Assembly: GCA_030628805.1 (NCBI GenBank)
Contig: DAOVQG010000044.1
Span: 1-19,679, forward strand
Length of the DNA stretch: 19,679 bases
Reading direction: 5' to 3'
Source: Phycisphaerales bacterium
GTDB taxonomy: Bacteria > Planctomycetota > Phycisphaerae > UBA1845 > Fen-1342
Under the pieces are notes generated by a model. It saw nothing but the letters and a program-made list of their open reading frames with translations. It was not told the DNA's origin and did no database searches. How positions within the stretch are numbered: position 1 is the first letter of the stretch; the number at the start of each line of letters is the position of its first letter. Below are positions 1 through 8,127 of the stretch, piece by piece. The position numbers were made by a program, and so were the translations under genes.

Positions 1-408
1 AGGGATACTTGGGCTCCTCACGCTCTTCACCCAGAAGCTCATTGACGGTTGCGAGCAGCCTATCGATGTCAATCGGCTTGTCCAAAAACACGTCGACCGG
101 CAAATAGCTCTCGTCGGGGGCAAAGCGGTATGGTATCTGCTTTTCCTCATGTACGCAGGACAGAATAACAATCGGCAGATGCTGCATCTTCAGGTCTTCG
201 CGGATCGCTCGGGCGACCGCAAAACCCTCGTAGCCACTCGGCATCATGACGTCAAGAACAACGAGATCAGGAGCGCTGGACTTGACCTTCTCGATCCCTT
301 GCTCAGGGGTCAGGGCTACCTCCACTTCAAAGTGCGCTTTCTCAAGCATCAGCCGCACGGCGTCCAGGAGGTCCTGATCGTCGTCGATCACGAGTATCTT
401 AGCCATTG
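1..408 (-). CDS. Response regulator receiver (CheY-like) domain protein. The 3' end runs off the window edge. Start ATG at 408..406.
   Basis: Reverse-strand translation from 408 gives MAKILVIDDDQDLLDAVRLMLEKAHFEVEVALTPEQGIEKVKSSAPDLVVLDVMMPSGYEGFAVARAIREDLKMQHLPIVILSCVHEEK... This has the classic receiver layout: LVIDDD, a DLVVLDVMMP phospho-acceptor region, and a conserved K. AGGGAGAG lies 6-13 nt upstream of the ATG. It is not in the ORF track because it reaches the window edge. Confidence 0.8.
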
Positions 409-432
409 AGGCTCTCCCTTCTTCGAAGGCGG

Positions 433-1779
433 TTAGACCCGTCCCCGCATTTTACTGATGGCCACCTCCGCCGCGTTCACGAGCGGATACACGACCGGTG
501 ACGCCGTGAGGGCGGGATGGGTGCCGATCTGGAAGGTCGCAATGTCCTCAACGGTCATCCGCTTCTGCACACCAGCCGAAACCGCATTGATCATCTCACC
601 CGTTGCCGTGTCACCACGCACCTGGCCACCCAGTATGACGCCCGAATTCGCCTCAAAGACCGCTTTCATCTTTGTTTGGGCCATGCCGGGCATGCCGCCC
701 GGGTGCCGATTGGGCCCCTCGACGGTTGCGACCACCACGTCGTAGCCGTGCTGTCTGGCCATGGCCTCGGTCAGGCCGGCGGTACCGAGGGCGAAGTCGC
801 CCACGCAGGTCGACCACACTCCGACCGTGCCGTAGTTCTGACGCGTGATTCCAAACAGGTTCGCTCCGGCGATCCGAGCCTCCATTTGGGCAATCGAGGC
901 GAGCTTCAGGCCGGAAGGGCGGCCGCCAAAGAACGAGATTTTCTCGGCGCAGTCGCCGCACGCGAATACTGATGGATCCGAGGTCAGCATCGTCTGATCC
1001 ACCGCGATCCCGCCGGTTAAACCAATGCGCAGGCCGGCCTTCTTTGCCAGGTCCACGTTAGCCACCGCGCCGATACCGAGTATCACGGCGTCCGCCATTA
1101 TTTCGGAGCCGTCGGATAGCAGGACGGATTTAACGTGATCCCGGCCCTGAATTTGCTCGACCTTCGCGGCCGTCTTGATCGCAATTCCACGAGAGGCGAG
1201 CACCTCCTCCATCTCAACGCAGAATTCGTCATCGTAAGCCAGGCTGAGACAGTGTGGCATCATCTCCACGATCGTGACGTTGGCGTTGCCCATCTTCTTG
1301 ATTTCATCAGCGAACTCGATCCCGATGAACCCGCCGCCGATAATGACGACGTCCTTGGCGGCCTGAAGGCGCTCGAACAGCCGCCGCAAGTAATCGATGT
1401 CTTTCTGAATCGCGAAAACGCCATCGATATCAAACCCGGGAATCGGCGGCATGATCGGCAAGGAACCGGTTGCCATCACCAGACGGTCGTAACGTACACT
1501 CTCCGCGCTCGCATGGAGGAGCTTCTTGTCTCGATCGAGCTCGGTAACGTCAGCTTTCAACAGCTCGATGTTGTTGGCCTCGTACGGCGCGTCCGGCATG
1601 ACATTCTTCTCCGGGTCCTTGAGCGTACCGAAGATGTAAGGAATCCCGCACGGGACGAGAACCTGCTCCTCACGCCGGACGACAAGAACCCGCTTGCTTG
1701 GATAGTGGCGACGCGCCGTGAGGGCCGCTGTTAATCCGGCGGCGCTGCCGCCTATGACAACTACGTCTCTCTCTTTCAT
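433..1779 (-). CDS. FAD-dependent pyridine-nucleotide-disulfide oxidoreductase of the CoA-disulfide reductase / NADH oxidase / NADH peroxidase family.
   Basis: 448 aa. There is an N-terminal GxGxxG FAD fold (VVVIGGSAAGLTAA). A redox-active Cys sits in the VPCGIPY context typical of the Nox/CoADR family. A second NAD(P)-binding GxGxxG is present (VVIIGGGFIGIEFA). There is no rhodanese extension. The start ATG at 1779 directly abuts the TGA of the upstream thioesterase, with GGAG about 10 nt upstream. Confidence 0.85.
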   Translation of the reverse strand: MKERDVVVIGGSAAGLTAALTARRHYPSKRVLVVRREEQVLVPCGIPYIFGTLKDPEKNVMPDAPYEANNIELLKADVTELDRDKKLLHASAESVRYDRLVMATGSLPIMPPIPGFDIDGVFAIQKDIDYLRRLFERLQAAKDVVIIGGGFIGIEFADEIKKMGNANVTIVEMMPHCLSLAYDDEFCVEMEEVLASRGIAIKTAAKVEQIQGRDHVKSVLLSDGSEIMADAVILGIGAVANVDLAKKAGLRIGLTGGIAVDQTMLTSDPSVFACGDCAEKISFFGGRPSGLKLASIAQMEARIAGANLFGITRQNYGTVGVWSTCVGDFALGTAGLTEAMARQHGYDVVVATVEGPNRHPGGMPGMAQTKMKAVFEANSGVILGGQVRGDTATGEMINAVSAGVQKRMTVEDIATFQIGTHPALTASPVVYPLVNAAEVAISKMRGRV

Positions 1780-2238
1780 TCATTCTTCTCCATGCCGTTG
1801 CTTCGTAATCCGTGCCTGGTCCATGAACTTTCCGCGTGCCGTGGCCATGAGCTGACCGTTTTGTACGACCTCAGCTTTGAGCACGTGCAAGGGAGGAGAG
1901 CAGCGTTCCACCCAGGCCCGCACGGTGACGGCCACGCCCGTGCGCACCGGATGCCGAAAGCGCACCGTCAGTTCCGCCGTCACGGCCGGGATGCCGTGAG
2001 CAAACATGCAATTGGTCATCGCGCCGTCCAGGAGGGAGGCAACCACACCACCGTGCAGCATACCTGCATAACCTTCAAAGGCTGCGTCGCAATCGAAGCG
2101 CGCCTGCACGCGGCCGTCGTCGGACGCCGCAAACTTCAGTCGCATGCTCCGGTCATTTGAGGGGCTACAGACCACGCAGTTTGAATGTACTTGGGCGCGC
2201 ACCTGCTGCAACCCGTCTTGGGCGCACTCAATGGTCAC
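1780..2238 (-). CDS. Hotdog-fold acyl-CoA thioesterase (PaaI/4HBT-like).
   Basis: 152 aa with the PaaI-type core HGGVVASLLDGAM about 60 residues from the start, as in PaaI. The GTG start at 2238 overlaps the end of the upstream Mrp gene by 11 nt. An alternative ATG at 2145 (MRLKF...) has GGAG just upstream. The stop abuts the next gene's ATG. Confidence 0.7.
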   Translation of the reverse strand: MTIECAQDGLQQVRAQVHSNCVVCSPSNDRSMRLKFAASDDGRVQARFDCDAAFEGYAGMLHGGVVASLLDGAMTNCMFAHGIPAVTAELTVRFRHPVRTGVAVTVRAWVERCSPPLHVLKAEVVQNGQLMATARGKFMDQARITKQRHGEE

Positions 2239-3451
2239 AGATGTTCTCTCCGGCCTGTAACGCTCCGTTCAGGTATGCGGTTGCCAACTGCTCGGGCGTC
2301 TCGGCCGGTGCGCCCACGACGACAGTGATGCCGTTTTGCGCGAACAGTTGCTGTGCCCGCTGGCCCATGCCGCCGGTAATGATCACGTTGGCGCCAAGCT
2401 CGTGCAGCCAGCGCGGCAGGGCTCCCGGCTCGTGGGATGGTGGCTTGTGCATGGTCTTGCCGAGGATCGCCTTGTCATCCTCGTTGACCTCGTACAGTGC
2501 GAACTCCTCGCAATGTCCAAAGTGCATGCTCACACGTCCTGCCTGTACAGGGATTGCAATCTTCATACGACGATCCTCCTTGCCTTGATTCTCTGTTGCG
2601 ACACTGGCGTGTGCTGGTGTTTGTTGTCCCAGGAGCAAGCCCACGACGTCGGCGAACGCCTGGGCGCCGAGACTGTTCGTACGGTTGTCAATGAACGGGA
2701 TTCCCGCATCGCCTGATGTAACGATATCCGGATCGATCGGGATCGATCCCAGGAATGGCACGCTCATTTCATCAGCCAGGGCCTTGCCGCCACCTTTCTT
2801 GAACAAATCGATTTGCTGCCCACAGTTTGGGCAAACAAAGCCGCTCATATTCTCCACGATTCCCGCAACCGGCAACGACAGACTGTTGCAGAAGGACACG
2901 CAGCGGCGCACGTCCGCGACAGCCAGGTCTTGCGGCGTAGTTACGATCACGGCCTCCGCCGGCGAACCGACGAGCTGAGCGACCGACAGCGGTTCGTCCC
3001 CCGTTCCCGGCGGTGAATCGACGACCAAGACATCCAGGTTGCCCCAAGCGACGTTTGTCAGGAATTGGCGTATGAGGTGAAACTTGCGCGGGCCGCGCCA
3101 GATCACGGGCTCGTTACCACTGGGCAACAGGAACCCGATCGACATGACCGCCAGTTTGTCGTTCATGTGGACCGGCGACATGTCCTCTCCGGAAACGCCG
3201 ATCTGCTTACCCTCCAGCCCCAGTAGTTTCGGAATGCTCGGTCCGTGGACGTCGACGTCCAGGAGGCCGACGGCCTTGCCGGCTAGTGCCAGGGATACCG
3301 CCAGGTTGGCAGCCACGGTGCTCTTCCCGACGCCGCCTTTGCCCGACAGGACGAGCAGCTTTCGTCGGATGGTCTTCATCCGGGCTTGAAGCATCTGCTC
3401 GTCACGCTGCCGCTGGGCCTCGTCAATTGGTTGTGCCTGTTGCTGTGACAT
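2228..3451 (-). CDS. Mrp/NBP35/ApbC-family P-loop ATPase fused to a C-terminal NifX/NifB-C-term-like (Nitro_FeMo-Co) domain.
   Basis: It contains the deviant Walker A LSGKGGVGKST and the Mrp-signature CPNCG (CxxC). The C-terminal roughly 110 aa (MKIAIPVQAGRVSMHFGHCEEFALYEV...VIITGGMGQRAQQLF...GITVV) match the NifX-like domain family. I chose the ATG at 3451 (MSQQQ...) because AGGAG lies 5 nt upstream. The ORF-track start at 3523 would overlap the upstream gene by 100 nt. Confidence 0.85.
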   Translation of the reverse strand: MSQQQAQPIDEAQRQRDEQMLQARMKTIRRKLLVLSGKGGVGKSTVAANLAVSLALAGKAVGLLDVDVHGPSIPKLLGLEGKQIGVSGEDMSPVHMNDKLAVMSIGFLLPSGNEPVIWRGPRKFHLIRQFLTNVAWGNLDVLVVDSPPGTGDEPLSVAQLVGSPAEAVIVTTPQDLAVADVRRCVSFCNSLSLPVAGIVENMSGFVCPNCGQQIDLFKKGGGKALADEMSVPFLGSIPIDPDIVTSGDAGIPFIDNRTNSLGAQAFADVVGLLLGQQTPAHASVATENQGKEDRRMKIAIPVQAGRVSMHFGHCEEFALYEVNEDDKAILGKTMHKPPSHEPGALPRWLHELGANVIITGGMGQRAQQLFAQNGITVVVGAPAETPEQLATAYLNGALQAGENICDH

Positions 3452-4346
3452 TTGGACTCCTGAGCGTCTCCAGGACGTTTGCCCAGAGTTGTCGAACATC
3501 GGCCGTGACACCGTCCGTTGCATACTCGGTGATGGACTGCATCCTGATCTGAGCCTCCGTGATGGCCCGATCGTAGCGAACTCTCCCCGCCACCTTAAGA
3601 CCGCGGCGGCGCGCCAAGGCTTCGATGTTTAGCGTGAGATTCTCGTTTATATCCCATTTGTTGATGCAAATCAGCGTTTCGACGCGGAAATGCCTGGTCA
3701 AATCTGATACACGTTCCAGATCATGCCGGCCGCTTAATGTCGGCTCCGTAACTACCAAGGCCAAATCAGCCCCTGTTATCGAGGCGATCACCGGACAGCC
3801 GATGCCTGGTGAGCCATCAATGAGAACCAGATCACGCGCGCGGCTTTTGGCGGTCTCCCGCGCCCGCTCGCGAACCAGGCTGACCAGCTTGCCGGAATTC
3901 TCTTCCGCGATACCTAACTTGGCATGCACCATCGGTCCGGCGCGCGTCTCGGATACGAACCACTCCCCGTTGATCGCGGGAGCAAACTCGATGGCCTCCT
4001 CGGGGCAGAACCAAGCACAGACGCCGCAACCCTCGCAGGCGATCGGATCGATGCGATACGCCTTTTCGCGCTGCCCTTCATCGGCTTCGCGGGAAGAAAC
4101 CGCATCAAACCGGCACACTTCCGCGCATTTCCCACAGGCCGTGCAGCGTTCGGGCATAATCCGGGCCTGCGAGCCGCCGGAAAACGTCTCGCGTTTGACA
4201 ATCGTCGGGTCCAGGACGAGATGGAGATCGGCCGCGTCGACGTCGCAATCCGCCAGAACGGCGTTTTCGGCCAGCGTGGCGAACGCGGCCACGATCGACG
4301 TCTTTCCTGTCCCGCCCTTGCCACTGATGATGACCAGTTCTTTCAT
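3423..4346 (-). CDS. MinD/CooC-superfamily P-loop ATPase with an inserted 2x[4Fe-4S] ferredoxin domain (COG1149-like), copy 1.
   Basis: MKELVIISGKGGTGKTS Walker A is followed by CTACGKCAEVC and CEGCGVCAWFCP, two CxxCxxCxxxC motifs. The ATPase body then resumes (VLIDGSPGIGCPV...). The ATG at 4346..4344 overlaps the TGA of the upstream methyltransferase as ATGA, which points to translational coupling. Confidence 0.85.
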   Translation of the reverse strand: MKELVIISGKGGTGKTSIVAAFATLAENAVLADCDVDAADLHLVLDPTIVKRETFSGGSQARIMPERCTACGKCAEVCRFDAVSSREADEGQREKAYRIDPIACEGCGVCAWFCPEEAIEFAPAINGEWFVSETRAGPMVHAKLGIAEENSGKLVSLVRERARETAKSRARDLVLIDGSPGIGCPVIASITGADLALVVTEPTLSGRHDLERVSDLTRHFRVETLICINKWDINENLTLNIEALARRRGLKVAGRVRYDRAITEAQIRMQSITEYATDGVTADVRQLWANVLETLRSPNVTATGTTN

Positions 4347-4918
4347 GAAGCGGTTCCCGTCTTTCGAAGCCTTTCCGGGCGGAAACCTCTGGCCCAAATG
4401 AGCCGGCGTCGCTCAATCAATCGCACCGAGGTTTCCTGATACCCAGCCTTATCGAGCATCCCGGCCAACTCCTCCGGGCTGTAGTAATCCTCACCCCACA
4501 GACGTTGCGCCAGCGAATCCCGTGGGAATTCCACAATCAGGATCTCCCCGCCGGGGCGCAAGACACGCTTGGCTTCCCGCAGGATTGTCCTGGCGTGTTT
4601 CATCTCGTGCAGGGCCCACAGCACTACGACCGCGTCCACGGATTCGTTCGCTGCGAAGTCAAGATGAGCTGCGTCTTTTCGAACGTAGCGAATCCGCGCG
4701 TTCCTGGATGAGCGAGGCCGTTTTGGAAAGTCCGCCGAGGAGATGTCAACCCCGGTGACGTGCTGGCGATACACTTGGGCCAGGTATTTCACCAACCCGC
4801 ACGCGCCACAGCCGAGATCGAGGACGCGACCAGCCAGACGCAATTCGCGCCCGATCCGCTCATACAGTCGCGGCTTGATCCTGTCGTAGAAGTTCATCTT
4901 CAGCATTTTGCCGGACAC
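4343..4918 (-). CDS. Class I SAM-dependent methyltransferase (Methyltransf_11/25-like).
   Basis: Motif I is VLDLGCGACG. There is an acidic post-I residue (VDIS) and a motif-II-like VDAVVVLWALHE. RPGGEILIVE is also present. The GTG at 4918 has GGAG 8 nt upstream. Alternative ATGs lie at 4906 and 4897. Confidence 0.8.
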   Translation of the reverse strand: MSGKMLKMNFYDRIKPRLYERIGRELRLAGRVLDLGCGACGLVKYLAQVYRQHVTGVDISSADFPKRPRSSRNARIRYVRKDAAHLDFAANESVDAVVVLWALHEMKHARTILREAKRVLRPGGEILIVEFPRDSLAQRLWGEDYYSPEELAGMLDKAGYQETSVRLIERRRLIWARGFRPERLRKTGTAS

Positions 4919-4961
4919 GCTTTTAACTCCGTGCCGTCGCGACCTTGTGTTCCTCTTCCAT

Positions 4962-5912
4962 TCATTGAGGCGCGCTATCGTCGTCTGTTCGTTTCGCGAA
5001 TCGGTAGAACGCTCCCGCGCCGCTACCCTCGCAGACCAGCACGTGCTCCCTGAGCAACTCGTCCAAGTACTTCACGACCTCATTGGAATGCAGTCCGAGC
5101 CCGGTGGCCAGATCGTTCAGTGTACACGGGCGCCGCATCAAGAGGTTGAGAATATCCTCCCGGCGGGCCTGATAATACTCGCCATGATGTACGGTTTGGT
5201 ATTCAGCGATCACCTCGGCGCGGTCTCCGAAGAGCCGAGCGGCCTGTGTGAGTTCGTCAAGCGGCACCGGCCGGGCAAATGCCTCGCAGGGGGGGCGTGT
5301 TACCGTGTTCAACTGCACGCGGTCGGGCATAATCCGATCTAGCCAGCGAGCAATCCTCTCCTGCTGGATGCCGGCTGCGTTTAGACCTTTCAGGAGAAAC
5401 ACCTCGAGCCAGAGCGGTTTGGAGAACCGCTGCCGAAACTCCTCGATTCCAGTTACCATGCGGTCGAAGAGAATCGCCGCGTGCGGCCGGTTTACCCACT
5501 GGAACGTGGCCTCGTCGCCGGCGTCCAGCGAGGGGATGACGAGATCCGCTTCCAGGAGCGCTTCCTGCACGTCACGGTCCCACAGCAGCGACCCGTTCGT
5601 CAGCACGGCGACGGGCCGGTCGGTTCTTTCCTTGATCCCCGCGATCAGTGGCGCCAAACGGGAATACAAGGTGGGTTCGCCCGATCCGGACAACGTGACA
5701 TAGTCGGCTTCCGGTCCGGCCGCCAGCCGGCACTCGAGTTCCTCCAGGACTTCGTCCAACGGGACATATTCCTTCCGTTCAATGGTCTTGTTCGTCGTTC
5801 GGCCGAGCTGGCAATAGATGCAGTCGTAGGAGCACGTCTTGAACGGTACCAGGTCGATGCCCAGTGAACGCCCCAGCCGACGGGACGGCACGGGTCCGAA
5901 TACGTGGCTCAT
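4962..5912 (-). CDS. Radical SAM protein (COG0731-like Fe-S oxidoreductase) with a C-terminal winged-helix-like tail.
   Basis: The N-terminus FGPVPSRRLGRSLGIDL is followed by the canonical CxxxCxxC (CSYDCIYC). A GSGEPTL glycine-rich SAM motif is present. AGGTGA lies 4 nt upstream of the ATG at 5912. Confidence 0.85.
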   Translation of the reverse strand: MSHVFGPVPSRRLGRSLGIDLVPFKTCSYDCIYCQLGRTTNKTIERKEYVPLDEVLEELECRLAAGPEADYVTLSGSGEPTLYSRLAPLIAGIKERTDRPVAVLTNGSLLWDRDVQEALLEADLVIPSLDAGDEATFQWVNRPHAAILFDRMVTGIEEFRQRFSKPLWLEVFLLKGLNAAGIQQERIARWLDRIMPDRVQLNTVTRPPCEAFARPVPLDELTQAARLFGDRAEVIAEYQTVHHGEYYQARREDILNLLMRRPCTLNDLATGLGLHSNEVVKYLDELLREHVLVCEGSGAGAFYRFAKRTDDDSAPQ

Positions 5913-5980
5913 CGGGTCACCTGTAGCTTCCAGGGAGGGACGATCATGGTGTCATTATATCCAGGCCTACGTTTCTTCTA

Positions 5981-6295
5981 CTAATCCGCGCCATCCTGAT
6001 CGTGCGGGAGTCCACGGTGCGGAGCTTTCTGTCGCCGGCTTCCCAGGCGCAGAGCTGACAGGAAGAACGCGGAAATACCGCCGAACAGCCCGGCGAAAGC
6101 AGGCCCACCCGCGCACCCGGGCTGACCGCAGAACGGACACACGGAGAACGCGGTCAAGAACGCGAACAAGCCGGCCCACCACCCCAAAAAGCGGGCCAGC
6201 GGTGCCAGGAAGCGGCGCTTGGCCGATCGACACAATTTCCGTGTGCCAGGGCCGGCAGATTGTTCGGTGGTGCCGGACTCGTTCGCGCGACTCAT
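5981..6295 (-). CDS. Small (104 aa) putative membrane protein with a CPFCGQPGC motif.
   Basis: There are two hydrophobic segments (FLGWWAGLFAFLTAFSV and FAGLFGGISAFFLSAL) and a Cys triad. Its ATG at 6295 overlaps the TGA of the upstream MinD-Fd gene as ATGA. This coupling is my main reason to believe an ORF with no other support. Confidence 0.45.
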   Translation of the reverse strand: MSRANESGTTEQSAGPGTRKLCRSAKRRFLAPLARFLGWWAGLFAFLTAFSVCPFCGQPGCAGGPAFAGLFGGISAFFLSALRLGSRRQKAPHRGLPHDQDGAD

Positions 6296-7158
6296 GGTTC
6301 TCCTGTCCGATGCGGCAGCAACGACTCCTCCAGCCGGGCCTGAAGCTGTTCGAACGCCGCTTGAGTCTCCGGCACGGCGTCGATCACGAGCTCCCCGCGC
6401 GAATACGCCTCCGCGATGCGTCGGTCGTCTGGAATCTCAAGCAACACCGGAATCTGCTCGGCGGCACAGTAATCCACAACGCGGCCGTCGCCGACATCGG
6501 CGCGATTGATGACCACGCCGAACGGAAGCTCCAGTTGCCGCACGGTCTCCACCGCCAGTATCAGGTCATTGAGCCCAAACGGCGTCGGCTCGGTAACGAG
6601 CACGACGAAGTCACTATTAAGCACGGCCGTAATGACCGGACAGGACGTACCCGGCGGGGCATCGATGACGAGCCAGTCAACGTCCGGGGCCGCGGCCCTG
6701 ACCGCCTTGATCACCGGCGGACTTTGGGCCTCGCCCACGTTCAGCAGACCGTGCACAAACTGGACCGGGCCGGCCTGCCCGCGCTCCACGACGCCAATCT
6801 CTCGCGGCACCTCGATAATCGCCTGGCAGGGGCAGGCCAAGGCGCAGCCGCCGCAGCCGTGGCACAGCTCCGGGTATACGAGGACCTTCTGTCCCAGACA
6901 CACGATCGCGCTGTATTGGCAAATCGCGCCGCACTGACCGCACTGCTCACACGCCTGTTCGATGACTCGCGGCACCGGTATCGCCACCGGCGTACGCTCA
7001 GCGAGGGCGGGTTTGAGGAACAGGTGTCCGTTGGGTTCTTCCACGTCGCAATCCAGGTACGCCGCGGAGCGTCCCTGGCGCGACACCGCCACGGCCAGAT
7101 TCGTGGCCAGTGTTGTTTTGCCGGTTCCGCCCTTGCCGCTGGCTATGGCTATTCTCAC
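6292..7158 (-). CDS. MinD/CooC-superfamily P-loop ATPase with an inserted 2x[4Fe-4S] ferredoxin domain, copy 2. It is a paralogue of 3423..4346.
   Basis: MRIAIASGKGGTGKTT Walker A with a GTG start at 7158. The motifs CEQCGQCGAIC and CHGCGGCALACP are present, and it has the same architecture as copy 1 (VIDAPPGTSCPV). Confidence 0.85.
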   Translation of the reverse strand: MRIAIASGKGGTGKTTLATNLAVAVSRQGRSAAYLDCDVEEPNGHLFLKPALAERTPVAIPVPRVIEQACEQCGQCGAICQYSAIVCLGQKVLVYPELCHGCGGCALACPCQAIIEVPREIGVVERGQAGPVQFVHGLLNVGEAQSPPVIKAVRAAAPDVDWLVIDAPPGTSCPVITAVLNSDFVVLVTEPTPFGLNDLILAVETVRQLELPFGVVINRADVGDGRVVDYCAAEQIPVLLEIPDDRRIAEAYSRGELVIDAVPETQAAFEQLQARLEESLLPHRTGEP

Positions 7159-7203
7159 TGCACACCGTGGCTCATTACAGCCGTTGGCCTGAACAAGCCA
7201 TGC

Positions 7204-7380
7204 CTATTCGGGAACACTGATTGCCTCGGTTGGGCATTCGGCCACGCACGCTGCACAGTCGATACAGTTCTCTTCATCAATGACTGCCTTTTCGTTCTCC
7301 AGCGCAATAACCTCTACTGGGCACACGTCAACGCATGCGCCGCATCCCGTACACTTTTCAACATCTACCGTCGCCGCCAT
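7204..7380 (-). CDS. Small 2x[4Fe-4S] ferredoxin (58 aa). It is not in the supplied ORF track.
   Basis: Reverse-strand translation gives MAATVDVEKCTGCGACVDVCPVEVIALENEKAVIDEENCIDCAACVAECPTEAISVPE*. The two CxxCxxCxxxCP motifs are perfect. AGGAAGGA lies 9 nt upstream of the ATG at 7380. It sits 4 nt after the stop of the upstream gene. Confidence 0.7.
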   Translation of the reverse strand: MAATVDVEKCTGCGACVDVCPVEVIALENEKAVIDEENCIDCAACVAECPTEAISVPE

Positions 7381-7384
7381 GCGG

Positions 7385-8080
7385 TTATCCTTCCTGTTCC
7401 AACTGCTGAATCCGCTGCTGCAATTGGCGCATTTGTTCGGTCATGGCATCCGCCTGCCGCTTGAGCATCGCCAACTCATCCTCCTTGCTGAGGTCTTGAC
7501 CCGGCGGCAACGTCGAAGCCGGATCGTCTCCTGGCGGTCCAGCACCCATGCCCATCCCGCGGCCCATGCCACCGCCGCGCCCCATGCCCCGTCCCATGCC
7601 GCCGCCTCGGCCCATACCACCACCCCTTCCCATCCCGCGGCCCATGCCCATGCCCCCACCGGACATCCGCGGTTGCTGGAATGGTGTCGGCTGGCCCTGA
7701 AGAGCGCTGGGCGCGCCAGCCATGCCGGCATGGCCGGGGACGTTTGGCTGTTCTGTCGGCTTGAGCTGACCGGCCTTGAACAGCTCGGCCACGTCCCGAA
7801 CCGTCCCAGAGCAGCCGATAATCACGCCGATGCCGGCTGCCGACAGGGTCTGATGGGCGTTCGGGCCGCAGTTGCCGGTCAGAACGTACTGGACGCCCTT
7901 GTCGGCCATGATCCGGGCCGACTGAATCCCGGCTCCCTGACCGAGCTCCTGGCTGGCGTTGTCAATCGCCTCGAAGCTCATGTCGTCGGTCTCGACGATC
8001 AGGAAATAGGGGCAGCGGCCGAAGCGCGGTTCAACACCCGACTCCAGCCGCGGTTCCGTAGCGGTAATTGCGATTTTCAT
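7385..8080 (-). CDS. NifX/NifB-C-term-like domain protein fused to a Gly-Met-Arg-rich repeat and a C-terminal coiled coil (DUF5320-like C-terminal module).
   Basis: The NifX-like domain is MKIAITATEPRLESGVEPRFGRCPYFLIVE...YVLTGNCGPNA...GIGVI. Residues 141-179 are GGGMGMGRGMGRGGGMGRGGGMGRGMGRGGGMGRGMGMG. The protein ends in the heptad-like LSKEDELAMLKRQADAMTEQMRQLQQRIQQLEQEG. AAAGGA lies about 13 nt upstream of the ATG at 8080. The ORF-track start at 8131 would run into the upstream gene. Confidence 0.8.
   Translation of the reverse strand: MKIAITATEPRLESGVEPRFGRCPYFLIVETDDMSFEAIDNASQELGQGAGIQSARIMADKGVQYVLTGNCGPNAHQTLSAAGIGVIIGCSGTVRDVAELFKAGQLKPTEQPNVPGHAGMAGAPSALQGQPTPFQQPRMSGGGMGMGRGMGRGGGMGRGGGMGRGMGRGGGMGRGMGMGAGPPGDDPASTLPPGQDLSKEDELAMLKRQADAMTEQMRQLQQRIQQLEQEG
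7544..7660 (-). repeat. In-frame tandem 15-nt (GMGRG) codon repeat.
   Basis: The nucleotide periodicity is visible as ccatgcc/ccgcgg units across 7540-7680. It encodes GMGRG/GGGMGRG units. Confidence 0.8.
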
Positions 8081-8127
8081 GTGTGTTGTTGTCCTTTCGT
8101 TTAGCAGTCCGCCGCAACAGTCATGAT

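Noticed and set aside
149-409. 86-aa plus-strand ORF at the window start.
   Set aside because: It is antisense to a clear response-regulator receiver whose start codon and RBS are at 406-425.
3451-3523. 24-codon N-terminal extension of the Mrp-NifX ORF.
   Set aside because: It would overlap the upstream gene by 100 nt. The internal ATG at 3451 has a proper AGGAG RBS.
5839-7464. 541-aa plus-strand ORF spanning several minus-strand genes.
   Set aside because: Its composition is Arg/Pro/Ala-rich with no motifs. It is antisense to three well-supported genes (radical SAM, membrane protein, MinD-Fd). This is the typical high-GC shadow ORF.
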